From positions 402,548 through 466,547 of the forward strand of contig JAQGDQ010000163.1 of NCBI GenBank assembly GCA_030141605.1: 64,000 nucleotides of DNA. Direction: 5' to 3'. Source of the stretch: Tubiluchus corallicola. Taxonomy: Eukaryota > Animalia > Priapulida. This document shows, one piece after another, positions 12,361 through 27,697 of the stretch. Under the pieces are notes generated by a model that searched no databases, was not told where the DNA came from, and worked only from the letters and a program-made list of their open reading frames with translations. A program made the translations under genes and the position numbers. The first letter of the stretch is position 1; each line of letters begins with the position of its first letter.

Positions 12361-15280
12361 TCAGGGACACTTTTTGCACATTTTGCACAATTAGGGACAC
12401 AGTTTTTCAATTTTTCTGCTGAACCAGAGACAAGTCTCTGACAACCTGACGTGTGAGACCGGGACCATGGATAAAAATATTACTAACGTACCTAGCACGT
12501 ATAATATAAATTTCTATGCCGGAGACCCTGGCCCATACAGAACAGCATTTACTATCAAGTTTAAAGTCTAAAAGCTTAGTCTAAAATTATAATAATTATG
12601 AGCTATAATTTTATAATATTACTGTAACAGATTGCACAGTACAAATTGCTATTATTATTGTTATTATTACTATTATTATTTTATTACCAATGCTGTTACT
12701 ATCATCATTATTTTTATTCCAATTTTGCTACTGGTGAAAACTATTATTCGAACGAGTTTTTAAATTTGATTTAGATTAAAGATTTCGAAATTTGGTTTTT
12801 TGAAATTTATATTTGATTCGATTTCACTTTCTGGTTGAAAATGCTCACACCTAATTTTTTGCTATTGTTGTTGTCATAGTCATCGCGTCATTGTAGATTA
12901 TTGTATCCTTATTATTAACAAAAGCTAATTGAGACTAAAAATAAAAGGCACATTAGCCAACTGTATAGAACAGGGTTAAGATCCAGTAAAATATTGTGAC
13001 AAATAAACCTGGCTTGATTACACCTAAGTTTCCCATTGCTCTAAACAGTAAATACATAATAAATCAATACAAGTAACTAGTGAAGAAGTCATTAACAATG
13101 CAACCCCTCTACATTATATGCACGTACTAGCTTTGAGAGTAGCATGGAAACCTTATAAAAATTAAGAGCACATATGGATTGCAAATTAGTTATCTTTGTA
13201 CTGTGGCATTATGATAATGTTTACGTTTGTGGTTAGATATTTTTTACGATTCAATGGATCAACGATTGCTACAGTAAACCATAATCAACGTACTAGTACT
13301 GCTTGGCTGCTAATAAAACCTTTCTTTGCATCACATTGGTTTTCCTTTGAATTAGAAAAAACTTTGCTTCATAGGATGTTGCTGACAACAGCAATGAGAA
13401 ACTGGCACAAACTCATGTGAGAAATGGTCTCGGTCTTGTGGCATTGGAGTAGGATGTTGGCTTCATGCTTGGTGAGTTGGAAGGTGTGCTAGTCCAAGTC
13501 CAAGTCCAAGTAAACATTGTCATTATATGAACCAGATCTGGATTTTCATGACTCATGCTGGCAATGCTAGCATAAAATTAGACAATAACTGGGCCAGTGA
13601 AGGCATGCTTATAGTTATAATAAGGTTGTCATTGCTGGCCCAATATTTGCGTAATTGCAGCAGTTCTCTATAGGAATAAAAACCTGGGCAAATGTGGGCA
13701 GTTCACCATTAAGCCAGAATGCATTAACAAGAACTGCGTCATAAGCAGTTTTGTCATCACAAAATAATTTAAACAGCATATGCCTATAGTGTTCATAAAC
13801 ACAATATCAAAGCAGGCACGTCATGTCAATAGAACCAATATTGAATAACATTACAGTGAGTTACTAAGAATTGCTAATATTATTATGTTGAAAAAATAAT
13901 TGAGTTCAGGTATTTATATTTCCACCGCCTTTGATTCACAACTTCGATATCATCATGTCAAACTACAATAAAGTACTGGCTTGATGTTAGACTGTTTTAA
14001 AATTTTACAAAGACTAAAATTAAAATGTTCGTACATTAATATTTAAAAAAGCCAAATTTGTTTCTGTCTAAATTACACAGATAAACATTATGCAGTAATA
14101 TTATCATTAATTAAATTTTAGTGCTTGTGTGATATATTATTCAAATATTTATCATCATCACCATTATCGTCATCGCTGTCGTTGTCAGTGTACCATGGTC
14201 ATACATCATCATCATCACACATCATTAGAATTATCATTATTATAATTGTTAGCATATCCACATGAATGTAGCGTTCACACACTGCTGAATGTGCTGGTGA
14301 CAGTTACTGCACCTTGAGATAGCTGAGCACTGTGGCAGCCTTGCAACTTTATTTTAAGGATTTAAGATTTGAACTATCTTTTCTCATCACTGTTAAAATT
14401 TAGAACAAACACGTTACATTAATTCATTTTTATATGTTTCAAGATACGATTTGTAAGCCAGGGCACAACTTTTCAACAGCAGAACATCTATGGTGTGAGA
14501 TATTTATGGTGAGATAGGAGTTTAACGCATTATTAAGAATATTGATCTAATGTGAGAAACTGAACTGACATATTACTATTGTTGAGATGTTCATAAATGC
14601 ACTCGATCAACGTGGTCTATTTTAATTAACAGTTAAAATCTGTTCCTGCAGTGAATGAAGGCGTCCAGAATAAGTAAATCAGTCCCAACATAACCAAAGA
14701 ATATGTCTGAGACCAAACCACTTGGCAAATGGCCTATAAGCACGTACACCTCAAATTGATAACTGCGGCCTTGGCCATTAAGCACATGCACCTTAAATTG
14801 ATAACTGGTGTGCCAGAAAAACGAAAGTTTGTTAATATAATTTGACTGTCCTGGTCTTCTGTGCCTGCAAATACTTTCTTCTTTAAGGCTATAAGCCCTA
14901 TAATTAATAGGATATGCACATGTTTGTGCTTCTATTATTAAATTTTAATCATTATCATTGAATCTATGAAGATTTATAATTAGATCTATCTGTAAGCAGT
15001 TTATATAATCAAATCTTTTCGAATTTGTGGCCATTTGGGCCTTCTTGATCTTTTGAGCTGGACATTCTCATTAGGCTTTTATTTGTAACGAATAAATGAA
15101 AACCTATATTAAGGATCCACGGTTATGACGCTCTTTTGTTTACAAATCATTCGCTAGATGACGCACAAAAAAGCTGGTTGAACGAGGTGGATTTTCGATG
15201 CAATGAGTATTTTTCACAAAATTCACGTGTGTAAAAAGTTGTGTGAAATTTACTGAAGAAATTCAAAACTAATTTTCACA

Positions 15281-16372
15281 ATGGTCAAACAGTTTTTTAG
15301 TAAGTTTCTTAGTGCTTCAGGTGTAGAAGATTTAACAAGTATTATAGGTTTTGCTTTTTGGCTCGGGAAATTCTACTTGAATTTAATTTAGTTTAGTTGA
15401 ATTTAAGTTAGTTAAGAATTATCATAATTAGGCCTATTATTATTAATATTATTATTAGTATTATAGTATTCAATTAATATTACTTGGAAAAAGCATTGGC
15501 GTTATACTTTGATACCATATTCATACTCAGTAATTGCTTAAGGTGTGTTATGAAATACGTGCTCTGTATCATATGAATATGAAAGCATACGTATTTTTTG
15601 AAGCGCTTAGGAATTTTTTAACACCGGGCTCCTAAAATCTGGCGCGTTAAGCTACAGCCTAGTTAACTTGTTGGTAGATATACTTCTGGACAAGTTCTGA
15701 CTGCAGTCTTTGTGATAAAAAAATCATCACAGTTGATATCTGTGAATCAGGGGACTCTTGAATTTAATTTATAGGCTTATGTTGAAATCTGACTTCAGTC
15801 TCGGCATTTTCATGTTTTCACCCATTCATTCGTTTTCAAATTTGTTGACAAAAACAGAATAACAATTTAGTAAGCCAGACAATATTATCTCATATAATAA
15901 TAATTTTAATGAGGTATTTGCGACTATTCATGAGGAATAGTGTCCGACTATTGGCTGGCTTCTCCGGCCCACTAACCTGTGCATTTCAATGATTTTGGCA
16001 GTCTTAACTAAAAGAAGAGCTTAAAATTTGTCTAATTCAAACAATAATATTCCTATGAGTACAATGATGTAGATATAAGCAGGTACTGATTCTGGTTTAT
16101 TCAAACGATGTTGTAATTGGCATTGCTATGGAAGTGCAATATTTGTATATAAAGTTTTGTCGGTTTTTCAGAAAAGAAGAGCAAACGCCAGAGTTGCAAA
16201 ATGAAATACAAAATTGAGAAGAAAGTGAAGGAACACCGGAGAAAATCCAGAAAGGAAAAAAAGAAAAATCCTAAAAGAAGTAAGTGCCATAAATATCAGT
16301 CATTCCAAGATTAGGAACCTGTTGGCTTGTTTTTGGAAATCCAGGATGTAGGTAGTTGACTGATCTTAGTGA

Positions 16373-16406
<34 letters not shown>

Positions 16407-19400
16407 CACATTCAGTTACAATATAATGACATTAAGCACACAGTGACATCAAAATTATTACATCATACTGTATTAAATTCTTATGTTTCATACACTATCG
16501 TTATCATAAAAAAGAATGATTGTACTGCAGTGGGCTAGAGAAGCAAAGGCTTGTATGAGCCCACTGTCATGTGAACCCGATAAAAAAAGAATAGATGAGT
16601 GAACAAAAAAAGAACCGGGAGAAAGGTTAGATCACACTGGAAGGGTAGAAGGATGTGTTAGTGGAAATGGTAGGAAGAAAGATAATAGATTGCATTATGT
16701 TGACATCAGCTCTAAAGATTTATCAATGATGCCTTGTTTTGCATAATCTGTACTGCATAATCTGATATTTTTGTAGACCTTGTTTTTTTATGTTGAAATT
16801 GCTTACAATATGAAATTTGTAGAAAGCAAGAAAGATCCCGGAGTACCAAACAGTGCGCCGTTTAAAGCAGAAGTTGTGAAAGAAGCAGAAAGACGTAAAA
16901 TGCAGGTAAAACGAGAACTTTATTATAAATCGACAGATAATCGTGGTAAGTCAAGTAATTAGAGCCAAATTAGATGAGTGAAATGATTGTGATTGTTAAG
17001 TTTGTCCTGTGTTTATGAATTATGCCTAATTATTCTGTTGTTATTATCAATTGTTTATACTTGAGATTTGTTGTGGATTATTTGTGGCTGTTATATGTTG
17101 TTGGTGAATTTCTCTGTTTATTACAAAGTCAGGAAAAATTTATATTTAAGGAAATGAATCAGAAGAGTTTACAAGTTGGCAAATAGTTTCATTTTAATGT
17201 GAAGCTGGGTTAAGCTCTGTTCAGCAAAAACTGTAATGCAGTGCTACTTGCTTACTAATCATTAAATATAGTTACGTTTATTACTAAATTAACTAATGCA
17301 TCTAAACAAAGCTTTTTCCATTACCATTTGGTGCTTTTGCATCTAAGGATTATCTTTCGGACAGCTCCTTGGCTAAATCTGGTTAAAAATAAGAACGTAT
17401 TTGTACTGGCTTTGTGATAAAAATAAGGCGAACCAAAACTGTGTGACAGCAGATAAACTGAGACCAAACAACAAAGGCAATTTTTTTGGGTATGGTTTAT
17501 TTTTTCAGAAAGAGGAGGAACGGAAACGGAAGAAAGAGCAGCAGAAATTAGCCCGTCAAAAAGAGCAAGATAAAAAGAGAAACTTACACTGTTTAAAAGC
17601 CGATGCTGTAGAGCGAGAGAAAGAATTTGAAAAAAAGGTACATGTGTCTGAGATGCGTTTTAAAAAATAATTAACTCAAAAAATCTTTCTGTGTTGTAAA
17701 TATAGCAGGTTGTAGTGAGACTCAGTAAGGGGTGGAGTCGAGGCCATCATGATCATCGTCAATTGAGGTCCTCATCCTCGGACTGACGAAGTTCCAGGTG
17801 GTTTACAAGATTTACTAGGTAAAGAGCACATAATGTGCTAAATTGTATGTAGTGCCCCTGTCAATCATATACTAAATGAAATACTTGCTCTTTATCTCCT
17901 TTAGTGCAAAAAGTGGCACTTATAATAAATAACAGTGTTTTCAACGAAGCATTTTTTACTATATCATGATTGTTGCAGGTGAGTGTTAAAATTAGAAAGT
18001 TATTTACAATTTATTCAATTTTTACATGCAATGCTTAATGTTGGAGTATTAGGTGGAGAAGCAGCATTTAGTCTATAGCTAAAAAGCTAAAATGCACCAT
18101 GCTTATTTTCATGCTAAGTAGAAAACTCTGAATTTTTTAAGCTTATTTTTTCCTTCATAGCATGCTGCAGATTGTGTCATGCACTAGGAATGTAACGATC
18201 CTTCTATGCATCGTGATACCTTTTGTAACGATACACGTATCATCAAAATGCATCAGTATCGCGATAATGTGAATCATTGATATTTAGCACAAGCTAGATT
18301 CTCCGCTGATAAAATGCTGTAGCTTGACCTTGACACAGCCAGACCTGCTGCTAGCAGCCAGCCAAAGCAAAACAGTTGAAAGTGCAATGTGTTTATAATA
18401 ATGTATAGTAGGGTAATTACGTTTTGCTTATTATGAGTTTCTGAAGTGGCTTGCAGCAAATGTGAACTAGAAAATGCACGAGCATATTTTAAATCAAAAA
18501 GTATTGAAATGTTTTGCGCTTTTGATGGCTTACAATGCAGATAATGCAAGAATATAAACAGAAATCAAACAGTTTGCTAAAGCACTTCACAATTTTAAAA
18601 TTATTTAACAAATTTAATATATACATATAATATATCAACAGCTTAATCAAGCATTTTTTATTAAAGCCTGCAAATATTAAATCAATGTGTATCGCGATAT
18701 GTACCATGTCATGACTTAGGTGTATCGTTACAGCCCTATTATGCGCATTATACAAAGTACATGTTGCACTACAGCGAAAGATAGACGTCATATAGATTAC
18801 ATTTCGGTTATTTTAGCAACAAACGTCTGCTGGTGGTGATGCCACACGACGATTGACTAAAGACAATTCCGTACGGGCATTCTACCGCGAGTTCCGTAAG
18901 GTCATCGAAATGGCGGATGTAGTCCTAGAGGTGCTTGATGCACGAGATCCAACCGGGAGTCGGTGTTACGATGTTGAGCAGGCAGTGCTCTCGGCAGGCA
19001 CTGGGAAGAAGTTAGTCTTGGTACTGAATAAAGTTGGTAAGAATCTTAAAGTAAAATAAAAACAACAAAATATTCTACGAGCGTGTTGCACATGTTTGCA
19101 GAAGCGATAATTGAAGATCAGTGCTGCAGTGTGTTGTAATAAAACTAGGCAAGTTTAGTGATAAGAATTCCAATTCCAATTTCGAATTTACGCTGTACTA
19201 CGCATGAACTGTCGAATGTGTGCAGTTTGTCACAAACTAACACATCTGAACTGAGAGATACAACACCTGTTTATGTGCAATGCATTTCCGAAATGCAGCT
19301 ACTGCCATCTAACAAGCAAATTGTGAAATGCCTATAACAGCGAAGAACTAGAGGCATGAATGCGAAATTGCATTGGTATGCTAATAATTCTTTCATCGTA

Positions 19401-22400
19401 AGGCAGTCTTTAAAAATAGTATGTTTCTTTCCAATATTTTAGAAAATAGGTTGTTTTGACCTACAGTTTAACATTGACTTCTGCAGAAAGTGTTCTCCAG
19501 TGTAAAATATATGAAGTGCAAACATGATTTTGTATCAATCACTTGTTTGAGAATAACTATCTCTAAATAGAATTCCATTAGTTGCACGTTTTCGCTGACA
19601 CAGTCGCGCATATTAAGATAGGCAGCAACATCAGATTGTCACAAATTTACATTATGCTATGGCTAACTTCACAAATAATCATGAAAACAGGTAGTACTGC
19701 TATATGGTAGTGCCTGTATGATTTGGAAATTTTGTTAGCATTTCATTTTACTTTCAGATTTGGTTCCTAAAGAGATTGTATCAAAATGGCTGACGTACTT
19801 GAGAAATGAGTTTCCAACTGTCGCATTCAAAGCTTCCACTCAGATGCAAAGAATGCACCTGGTGTGTAAATGGGTAACTAACCCAACAAAGTATGCACTA
19901 ATTCTAGTCAGATGCATGATTACATGTACCATTGTTATGCGTGAACATTTTAGAATCATATTGCTATACGGTTCTCGGTCCTTACATTTTTTGTTTGTTT
20001 TTGATGAGGTGTCATGGACCCAATCAAATTCAGTAAATAACTTCTTTTGGAAGCAAATGCTTTTGCAATCCTCAAATTTGGATTGAAGTACAAAATTTAA
20101 ACTTTACTAAACATTGATTGTGGTAAGTTGCATTCTTGGTAGAAGAATGAGTCGAATTTTATTTCATAACTGATTTTTGTTTCCTTTCTTATTGCTGTAC
20201 ACAGATTAATATATATTTAATGCGCTGGCATAAAATTAAGATCAAATCTTATTACTTCTTCAAATTCATATCACTTCCAGTATTTACTTTGAGATAAATA
20301 GTGAAAGTGTTTATGGTTTAGTGCCTGACTTGACGGTACATTATCTAGTTTGCTGTTAAATAATCTGACCGGATTTGAGGGTAGAGGAAAAGCTGTCGAA
20401 ACCAGAATCCTGGTCTGGTTTCTCCTGGTGACTCCTAGTGGGGTTGTGCTATATATGGTGTAAATACCTTGTATTGCCTTGACAAGTTTTTAGTTCTTTG
20501 AATCTGAAGCACCTACTTGAAATATAGTTATTGGTTAAATTAAACTTGCACGTTTTGTCTTAAAAAACGTAGGAAAGTAAACTCAATGTAAAAGTTAGTA
20601 GCCAATGAAAACTGAGGACATTCATAGACCTGTAACTGTAGATTGACGTTTTCACATGTTTTTTAGTATATTTATTTTTTACTATATACACCATTGCTAT
20701 GATTTTCAGGCACATGCTAAAGTAAAAATGAGTGCAGCTTCATCTGGACTGATGCAGTCCAGTCGATGTCTCGGAGCTAACATGCTTATGAAACTGTTGG
20801 GAAATTACTGTACCAGTCACAACATACGTACAGCTATACGTGTTGGTGTGGTTGGACTGCCTAATGTAGGAAAAAGTAGCATTATTAACAGTCTGAAGCG
20901 TGGAAAAGCATGTACCGTAGGTGCTACACCAGGAGTGACAAGGTAGTGCATTGTAGTCTAATTTTTACAGTTTCCACATATATTGATATTAAGTTTAGGG
21001 TAAGCAGCCATAGGTGGCAGGAGGTGTGATAATGCTATTATAATGCAAGGTAGGTAGGTGTTTTAGTTGTGATATTATTACCAGAAGTAGCCAACGCTAC
21101 AAGGGTGTTCCACAGACTTGTGGAACCATAACATAATTAGTTCATTAATTTATCCATACTGAGATATTTATTGCAAAGTTGGATCTCACCATGAAGAATG
21201 CTGAACTGGTTCAGAAAGTTGAACCTTGAGTTTGTTTAGCCTATAAAGAACCAATACTTTGTAATTATAGTAATACTGAGAATCAGTTGATCTAGTACTA
21301 ATTTCAATGCTTTAGGTCTGTTCAGGAAGTTCAGTTGGATTCTCATGTGAAATTGTTGGATAGCCCAGGAATTGTGATGCCCCAATCAGCTGACGACTCG
21401 GCACTGAGAAACTGTGTGAAACTAGAACATGTGAAAGATCTTATACCGCCAGTAGAACAGATATTGCGTCGCTGTAGCAAAGAAAATGTGTGTTCAATAT
21501 TGTCACTGATTTTATAGCTGTTGTGTAGTATGATTCATCATTCTAGATTGTAGCTAATAATTTGTATGCCTGTTTTAGAAGTTTGTAAAACGTTATCGTT
21601 CTAGTTGGGTGTAATTGATTGTACTGTTTTATCTGTCTCATCAGTTACTCATTGCCTTAAAGGTACATGCCATGCTAGCATTATTTTGCATTGAAAACTG
21701 CATCATTTTGCTAGCCCTAGAGTAAAAGTTAAACCAAGTCACTGAGAATTGTATGTTCTTTTTTAATAACAGTTACAAATCTTCCACAACTCTAAATTTT
21801 TTCTGTCTTCAAAAGTGAATGGTTTAAATGATTTGCCATTTATGAGAAACACACGTTCTGCTTTTGCAAACACTGTTCTGTTTATCCTTTGCTTCCTTTT
21901 GCAGATGATGTTACACTATCGAGTGCCTGAATACACAGACGTCGACTCATTTCTTTCTTCGTTGGCAGTGAGGATGGGTCGGTTAAAGAAAGGAGGAATA
22001 CCGGATGTAAATAGGGCCGCCAGAGTAGTGTTGCAGGATTGGAACAGGTTTAATTTAAATGTTAAATTAGTAGAATGTGTTGCAGAGCATTTGAGACAAA
22101 AAGCCATTTGAGATTAAAGCAACACTAAAAACCTGAAAAAGTAAACCTGTAATTGCATATACTATTGTTTGCAGAGAAACTTGAATCTACCTAATTGCTG
22201 TCTTGGTATTCTCGTTTGTCGTAGCAGTTTTACAAGTGTAAAATGCAATGTAGAAAACTGTAAAAACTGGAAAAAGAAAGATTGAATCGTGTGCTTTGTA
22301 AGTCTTGAAAGGATGGCATAAAAAGCAGACATTTAATTTGTGTTACTTTTTGACTGTCATGTGACAGTTTTGTTATATATAATGCATATTGAATTGTAAA

Positions 22401-25400
22401 AGTTTTAAAACATTCTCAATCCATCAACTTTAGATAATAAAATGGGTGTTTGATTCAGATTATATGTGTTTTTCAAAGTAGATGTGAAAGTGCCTTTAGT
22501 TTTATTTGCTATTAGGCGAGTACAGAATGGAATACAAAAAAAATCTTTATTAGCAGTTTACCGATTTTCAGTTTGTGCATTTTAGTGGGAAAATCACATA
22601 CTATACACATCCTCCAGAAATTCACACACTTCCCACACACGTCTCAGCTAAAATTGTTGAAGAAATGAGTGAAGCTTTTGATTTGGATGCTTTGAAATCA
22701 GATGAAGAAGCAGCACTAAAAGGTAACAGCGCACAAAATATGTAGTTACTAGCTACACAATGTGCACAATCTTTATTGCATATTGCATGGTGCATTGATT
22801 CCATTAACCCTTTTATACCCGTTGTATCCCGTGGGATACGAGAATATTCTCTGCCTTTAAAATTAATAAAATTTTAAAACTGAGAGTTATTTGATCTGTT
22901 AATAGTTATTTTGATTTAAGTCAATAACAATAGACTAAAAATAGTGATAAAATGGCAAACTAAAAAATCTACATAGCACAAAAAACTGTGCAAGGTACAA
23001 TACTTTAGAGATGACTTTGTACAGATCAGCATTACACACATACTAAATGTCTTAGATACTGTGCAAAGCTTATTTCTTAAATTAAACTACTCTGTTGCAG
23101 TATTAATTTAGCAACTAACAGAACTTTGTAGTTCACAGTACAGTCGAATCCCGGAAAACGATTTTCACTGGACCCAGATACTTTTTCGTATGAAGTATGT
23201 TTCGTACTGTCCGTTACATACATTTCTATTAATTCCTAATGTTATTTGTAACTCGTCTGTAGCCTCTACATCGGTCATCTTTAAATCACTTTAAATAATG
23301 TTTAACAATCATTTGCCATAGGCACATGTTACAAACAGTTTAGTACAGTAGAAGCAAGCTTGCAAGCAAGAGGCTTAGTTGTGCCAGATTCTGCATTATG
23401 CGACGTTTTGCTGCTTTAGTATTGGACCCTGTAAACGAAGGGCAGTAACACACATAAGGTGATTTAAACTATGTAATGGAAAATTGCTATCTGAGTGGGA
23501 AGCCGAAGTGTTTTCGGAAATTAATAATTTGACTGAAGACAATTAAATGTAAACAGTTTGACTGATTAAATCAACAGTAGTATTAGCCATGGTACTATAC
23601 ATGCAGTACGTTTTATCAGATGTAATGATTGTAAAAAAAGTGACTAAGCTATGGGGCACCATTGGCAACAGTATAAGAGTGTCTAAATGGGGTGGGCCAC
23701 AGCAGAAATCGCATTACAAGTGGTTTTTTATATTGAACCCATATTGGTGCGACCTTGAGAAATCATCGTGTAAAATGGGGTTTTGTCTTAAGCAACTTTT
23801 GCAGGGACATAGCAAAATCATCGTACTACTGAGAATAGTTTCGTTATAAGCTGAATCGTATTACCAGGATTCAACTGTATCAGACTATTTTGACTTTAGC
23901 GTCAGGCAGGGGAATTTAAGTTTTCCTAACCAAAAGATTTAGCTCATTATGCAAAGTGGGTGCAATGGCAGTAGATCTAATCCACAGTCAAGATGGTTAC
24001 CACACCTAAGCAGCAGTGTTAATGTTGTGTCTCATTTTTTTTAAAAGGCTTAAAGATGCAAGTTCATGCAACGGATAATGTCATAGAAACGACAGGACTG
24101 ACTAGAGCTGCAGAAGCTGATGCAAAAATGCTGACTGAGGAAGAACATTGGGAGGAGGAAGAAAAAGAAGGAACCTCCGAGGAAGAAGAGGTAGTGTTTT
24201 AGTTATGAAGTTTTTCGTGTCAACACGCGATGCTTTTGTAAACTAAAATTATTCTATTTCTAATTGTGTCTTCGTTGTTATCAAGTGAACACTTTTTAAG
24301 GCAACACCAGTTTATATTAGTTTAATAATAAATTTTCTAGAAAGTTGCAACACATGTCGCCAATCTAGTTTAGTGCATCTTTATCATCATGAATGTTTTT
24401 GTACTTAGTTGCAGCGCAAGCAGTTTCTCTTTTTTGTCGAACAGTGGGTCATTTCCAGAACGAGCATGACAAGATTATCCAAAGTGTTGACCTTTGACCT
24501 TTTGTAATATGATTGCTTTTGGTCCGAAACCTAAGAATGATAAATGAGTTGAAAGTGCATTTTTATTTTGCAGGTGCGCGTTTCATACTTGGGCAATAAT
24601 GTGCGCACAATGTCTTACAACAACAAAAACATTATTGGTTGAACAACCAACTTAAAATACAGTCAGTGGTAGCAGACTATCTGTTAAAATAATGCATAAA
24701 TTGGCCAATAATACAATCAACAAGAACAACTATGCCTAAGTTTTTGTTACACCGAAGCATTGTAATTGTCGTTGTTATGAAATGAATTGTTTGTCATTTT
24801 TGGCTATTTTAACGATACTTTAACTTTCTGTAAATTTTTACTTTCTAAGGAAATGGAGGAAGAAGATGCAGAAGAGAAAACAATCACAGTTTCGGTAAAA
24901 CCAAAAACTAAAAAAGGAGGTTTGAAGGAATCTGGAAAAGGGGTGCTTTCTGAACGTCAGCAGAAGCTCGCAGACAGGGAAGCGTTGTTGCCTGGCAACA
25001 AACAGTTAAATAAACTGTTGAAAAAGGCATATAAAAAGAAGCAGAAGTTGAAAAAGAAAAGCAGTAAGTAGTTTTCCATTGATGTTCTTATAAATATACT
25101 TATATCTTTATGGAAGTCTAGAATACCTGCTTGAATTGTTTACTTCAGGAACTAATAGATTCTTGTAGGTTTTTGTTGTTATCAGGTAACTTTCACAAAC
25201 TGAAGGCTCCAACGTATCGCTGTTTGCCAGTTTTTGTTGTGGTAAACAAAAGAAAAGCCTCTCAAAAGTGCCTAGTTAATACTGGTGGAATCGATTACTT
25301 GCCTTGCTGCTTTCTGTTACCAAACATTTGGGCTGTGAAAAACAAAACATTTGAAAATGTAGTGTTATGCTCATCAAAGATAAAATAGCCATCAACGGGA

Positions 25401-26026
25401 ATTTTGGTGGTAACAACATTGACCAAATACAATGGCTACGGCAAGTGGTACAGTAAGACTCAAACCCCTTGAATCCGAACAAATAATCAAACAATGACAC
25501 CGGTTACTTTAATGAAAATATGCAAACCTGAAATTTCGAATTCTGAAATTAAATTCTGAGCTTTTGAATTTCTTCAACAATGTTTTGCAGCGGTTTCACA
25601 TTGCAGTCTCTGCTTTTTGATACGTGTGAGGCGCACAGTGAAGATTTCCGCTATTGGAAGTCTATTATAAGTTAATATTTAAATAGGAGAAGCATTTTCG
25701 TATTTATTATATAAATGGAATGTAGTGCTATGGTCTATTATATACATTTTATTACCTATAATTTAAAAGGTGGCAAGCCTTTAATCAAAAGGTTTTTCCA
25801 TTAGTGCTGGTACATAACTTTGGAATTTGCCCATTCTTTTCTGTACTAGCATCAACAAAGTGAATTTTGATAATCTTTTTCTCTGTTAATTATGATGGCA
25901 GTAATAATATTTGTTTTTTTTTCAGTTAAAGTCACTAGTGCACTAGCTGATGAATTGGCAGGTGCAATGTCACTGACATCTGGTGGCAGTGATGACAAGT
26001 ATGATTTTGCAGTTGATTATCGATAA
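15281..26026 (+). CDS. GNL3L: Nucleostemin-family circularly permuted GTPase (GNL3/GNL3L/Nug1 homolog), 13 exons, about 601 aa
   Basis: Exons 15281-15299, 16172-16279, 16823-16905, 17509-17637, 18817-19036, 19758-19861, 20710-20942, 21316-21487, 21905-22047, 22586-22722, 24048-24190, 24850-25063, 25926-26026, all GT-AG and phase-consistent (1806 nt). Motifs: [51 protein letters not shown]-terminal YDFAVDY. Confidence 0.93.
16378..16406. repeat. (ATT)n microsatellite
   Basis: Directly visible. Confidence 0.9.
18185..18738. mobile_element. hAT-type MITE in GNL3L intron 4
   Basis: TIRs TAGGAATGTAACGAT / ATCGTTACAGCCCTA, subterminal CGATAC motifs, and a decayed 8-bp TSD (TCATGCAC vs TTATGCGC). 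Confidence 0.7.
23141..23877. mobile_element. Tc1/mariner (pogo/Tigger-like) MITE in GNL3L intron 10
   Basis: TA|CAGTCGAATCCCGGAAAACGATT ... AATCGTATTACCAGGATTCAACTG|TA: imperfect TIRs with TA TSD. Confidence 0.75.
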
Positions 26027-27697
26027 TAATTAATTTTCTGTAAATAATTTCCCAATTAAAATACTATATACTTTACATAAAATATCCTTTTGAATTTGTA
26101 AATGAAGATATGAAGGAAAGATGGTAATTCATTTTTTGTGATTTTAACAAAACCATAAATGGAGGTCCATGATTGTTAATGAGATTTACAGCTTTTCGGC
26201 GATAAAATTATTGATTACAAAAAATGTTTACGTCATTGTTTTCATTCTTGTTTTTCTAAAAAAATCACTCTTGAAAGCACAACACAGTAAAGCACCATCT
26301 ATCATGAGTCAAAATGAACAAAAATTCAAAGACATTTGTAAATTTCTTAAAAGTTTATTTTTTAGTAAGTAATGATGGCATTTCACAAAAGTTTCGTACA
26401 AATCATAAACAAATACAATTAATTCTATAATTTTTTGCTAAGTGCCACAATCAAATTAATTTTTGATTTGCCATAAGATGTTCGTAAGTACAAATACACC
26501 GAAACAATTTGTTAATGAAATCGTAAAACTTGACATGATTAATTACAAATGTATATTGCACAAGTATTTTAAAAGACATGCTGAAATATTTGCTGCTTGT
26601 GTGTGGACTTCGGTTATCTAACATCTACCTGTCACCATAAACTACAAGAACGCACTTGATTCTACTAGTTAAATAATATTTCTACAGATGGCGATATTGG
26701 CATTAAACACCTTCCTGTGACACAAGATAGAGGATTTCTAGCACCACCAGTTGTGCTAGTGCATATTTTAAATTTGCATTAAAAACTGACAGCCTAGATA
26801 ATTAAAAGTTTTCTTGTGCCAATCGAAATAGTTTAATCTTAGCTCTAATTTTTCTTTAGTTGCATAGAAAACTGTAGTGTCAAGTTGAAGACTTGAAAGC
26901 AGCTAGACTAATGATTTTCTAGCCATTCATTTAGGACATAACGCAGTAGGCAAGACGAATTGTACAAATGTACAAAATTAGAAGCAAGTATGAGGCACTT
27001 TTTCATCCAATTTCATCTACTGCTGTTACTGAGTTCTTATTGAACTGGACTGACTTGTTTATTTAGAGCTTAAAAATCAACATTCACTGCAGGTTATGTT
27101 TGCACAGTCGTAGGATTATGCAAGAATTTTACAAATTTAACAGTAGTAAAACAAATTTTACACTCTTCTTTATTTTGGCGGAAACCAAGTTCCAATCTGC
27201 GGCACATATCAAAGTCATATTAACATATAAAGTTATAAGCGTGAAAATAAACCTAAAAACAGCAATAAACATTTCGTAGCACAATTATTTAACAATGCAT
27301 AAAATCTTGTAACAGTGAAAATCAGTCACTGTCACCCATTAACTATGTACATTTTTGCATACAAATGTTAAATTCAGACATATACACTTTTGGTAATACA
27401 CCTATAATTATTAATTACATAATTTAGTGAAATAATTTAATAAACTTACTACCTTTGTAAAATTTCAAATAGATGCACAAAAGACGGCAACAGTTGCAAA
27501 ATATTTTTAATCTAAAACAAGTTGATGTATGCCATAATTTCCTAATGGTACAGAACAATTCATTATCCTGTGATTTTTTTAGTGGTGACATGGTATATGA
27601 CCTACTGCTACAAAGAGTGAGGCACTGCTATGACTTGGACAACAGGTAGCTTGCTACAGCACTGCTATGACTTAGACAACAGGTAGCTTGCTACAAC

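Noticed and set aside
17720-17810. CTGACGAAGTTCCAGGTGG, hammerhead-like start or H/ACA-like GC-rich island
   Set aside because: No GAAA/stem III follows and there is no convincing H box. Likely a truncated repeat remnant.
20600-20660. TGAGGACATTCATAGACCTGTAACTG resembles the SNORD25 guide against 18S rRNA
   Set aside because: No proper D' box spacing, terminal D box or closing stem.
22805-22850. TTAACCC piggyBac-like left end
   Set aside because: No matching right end found.
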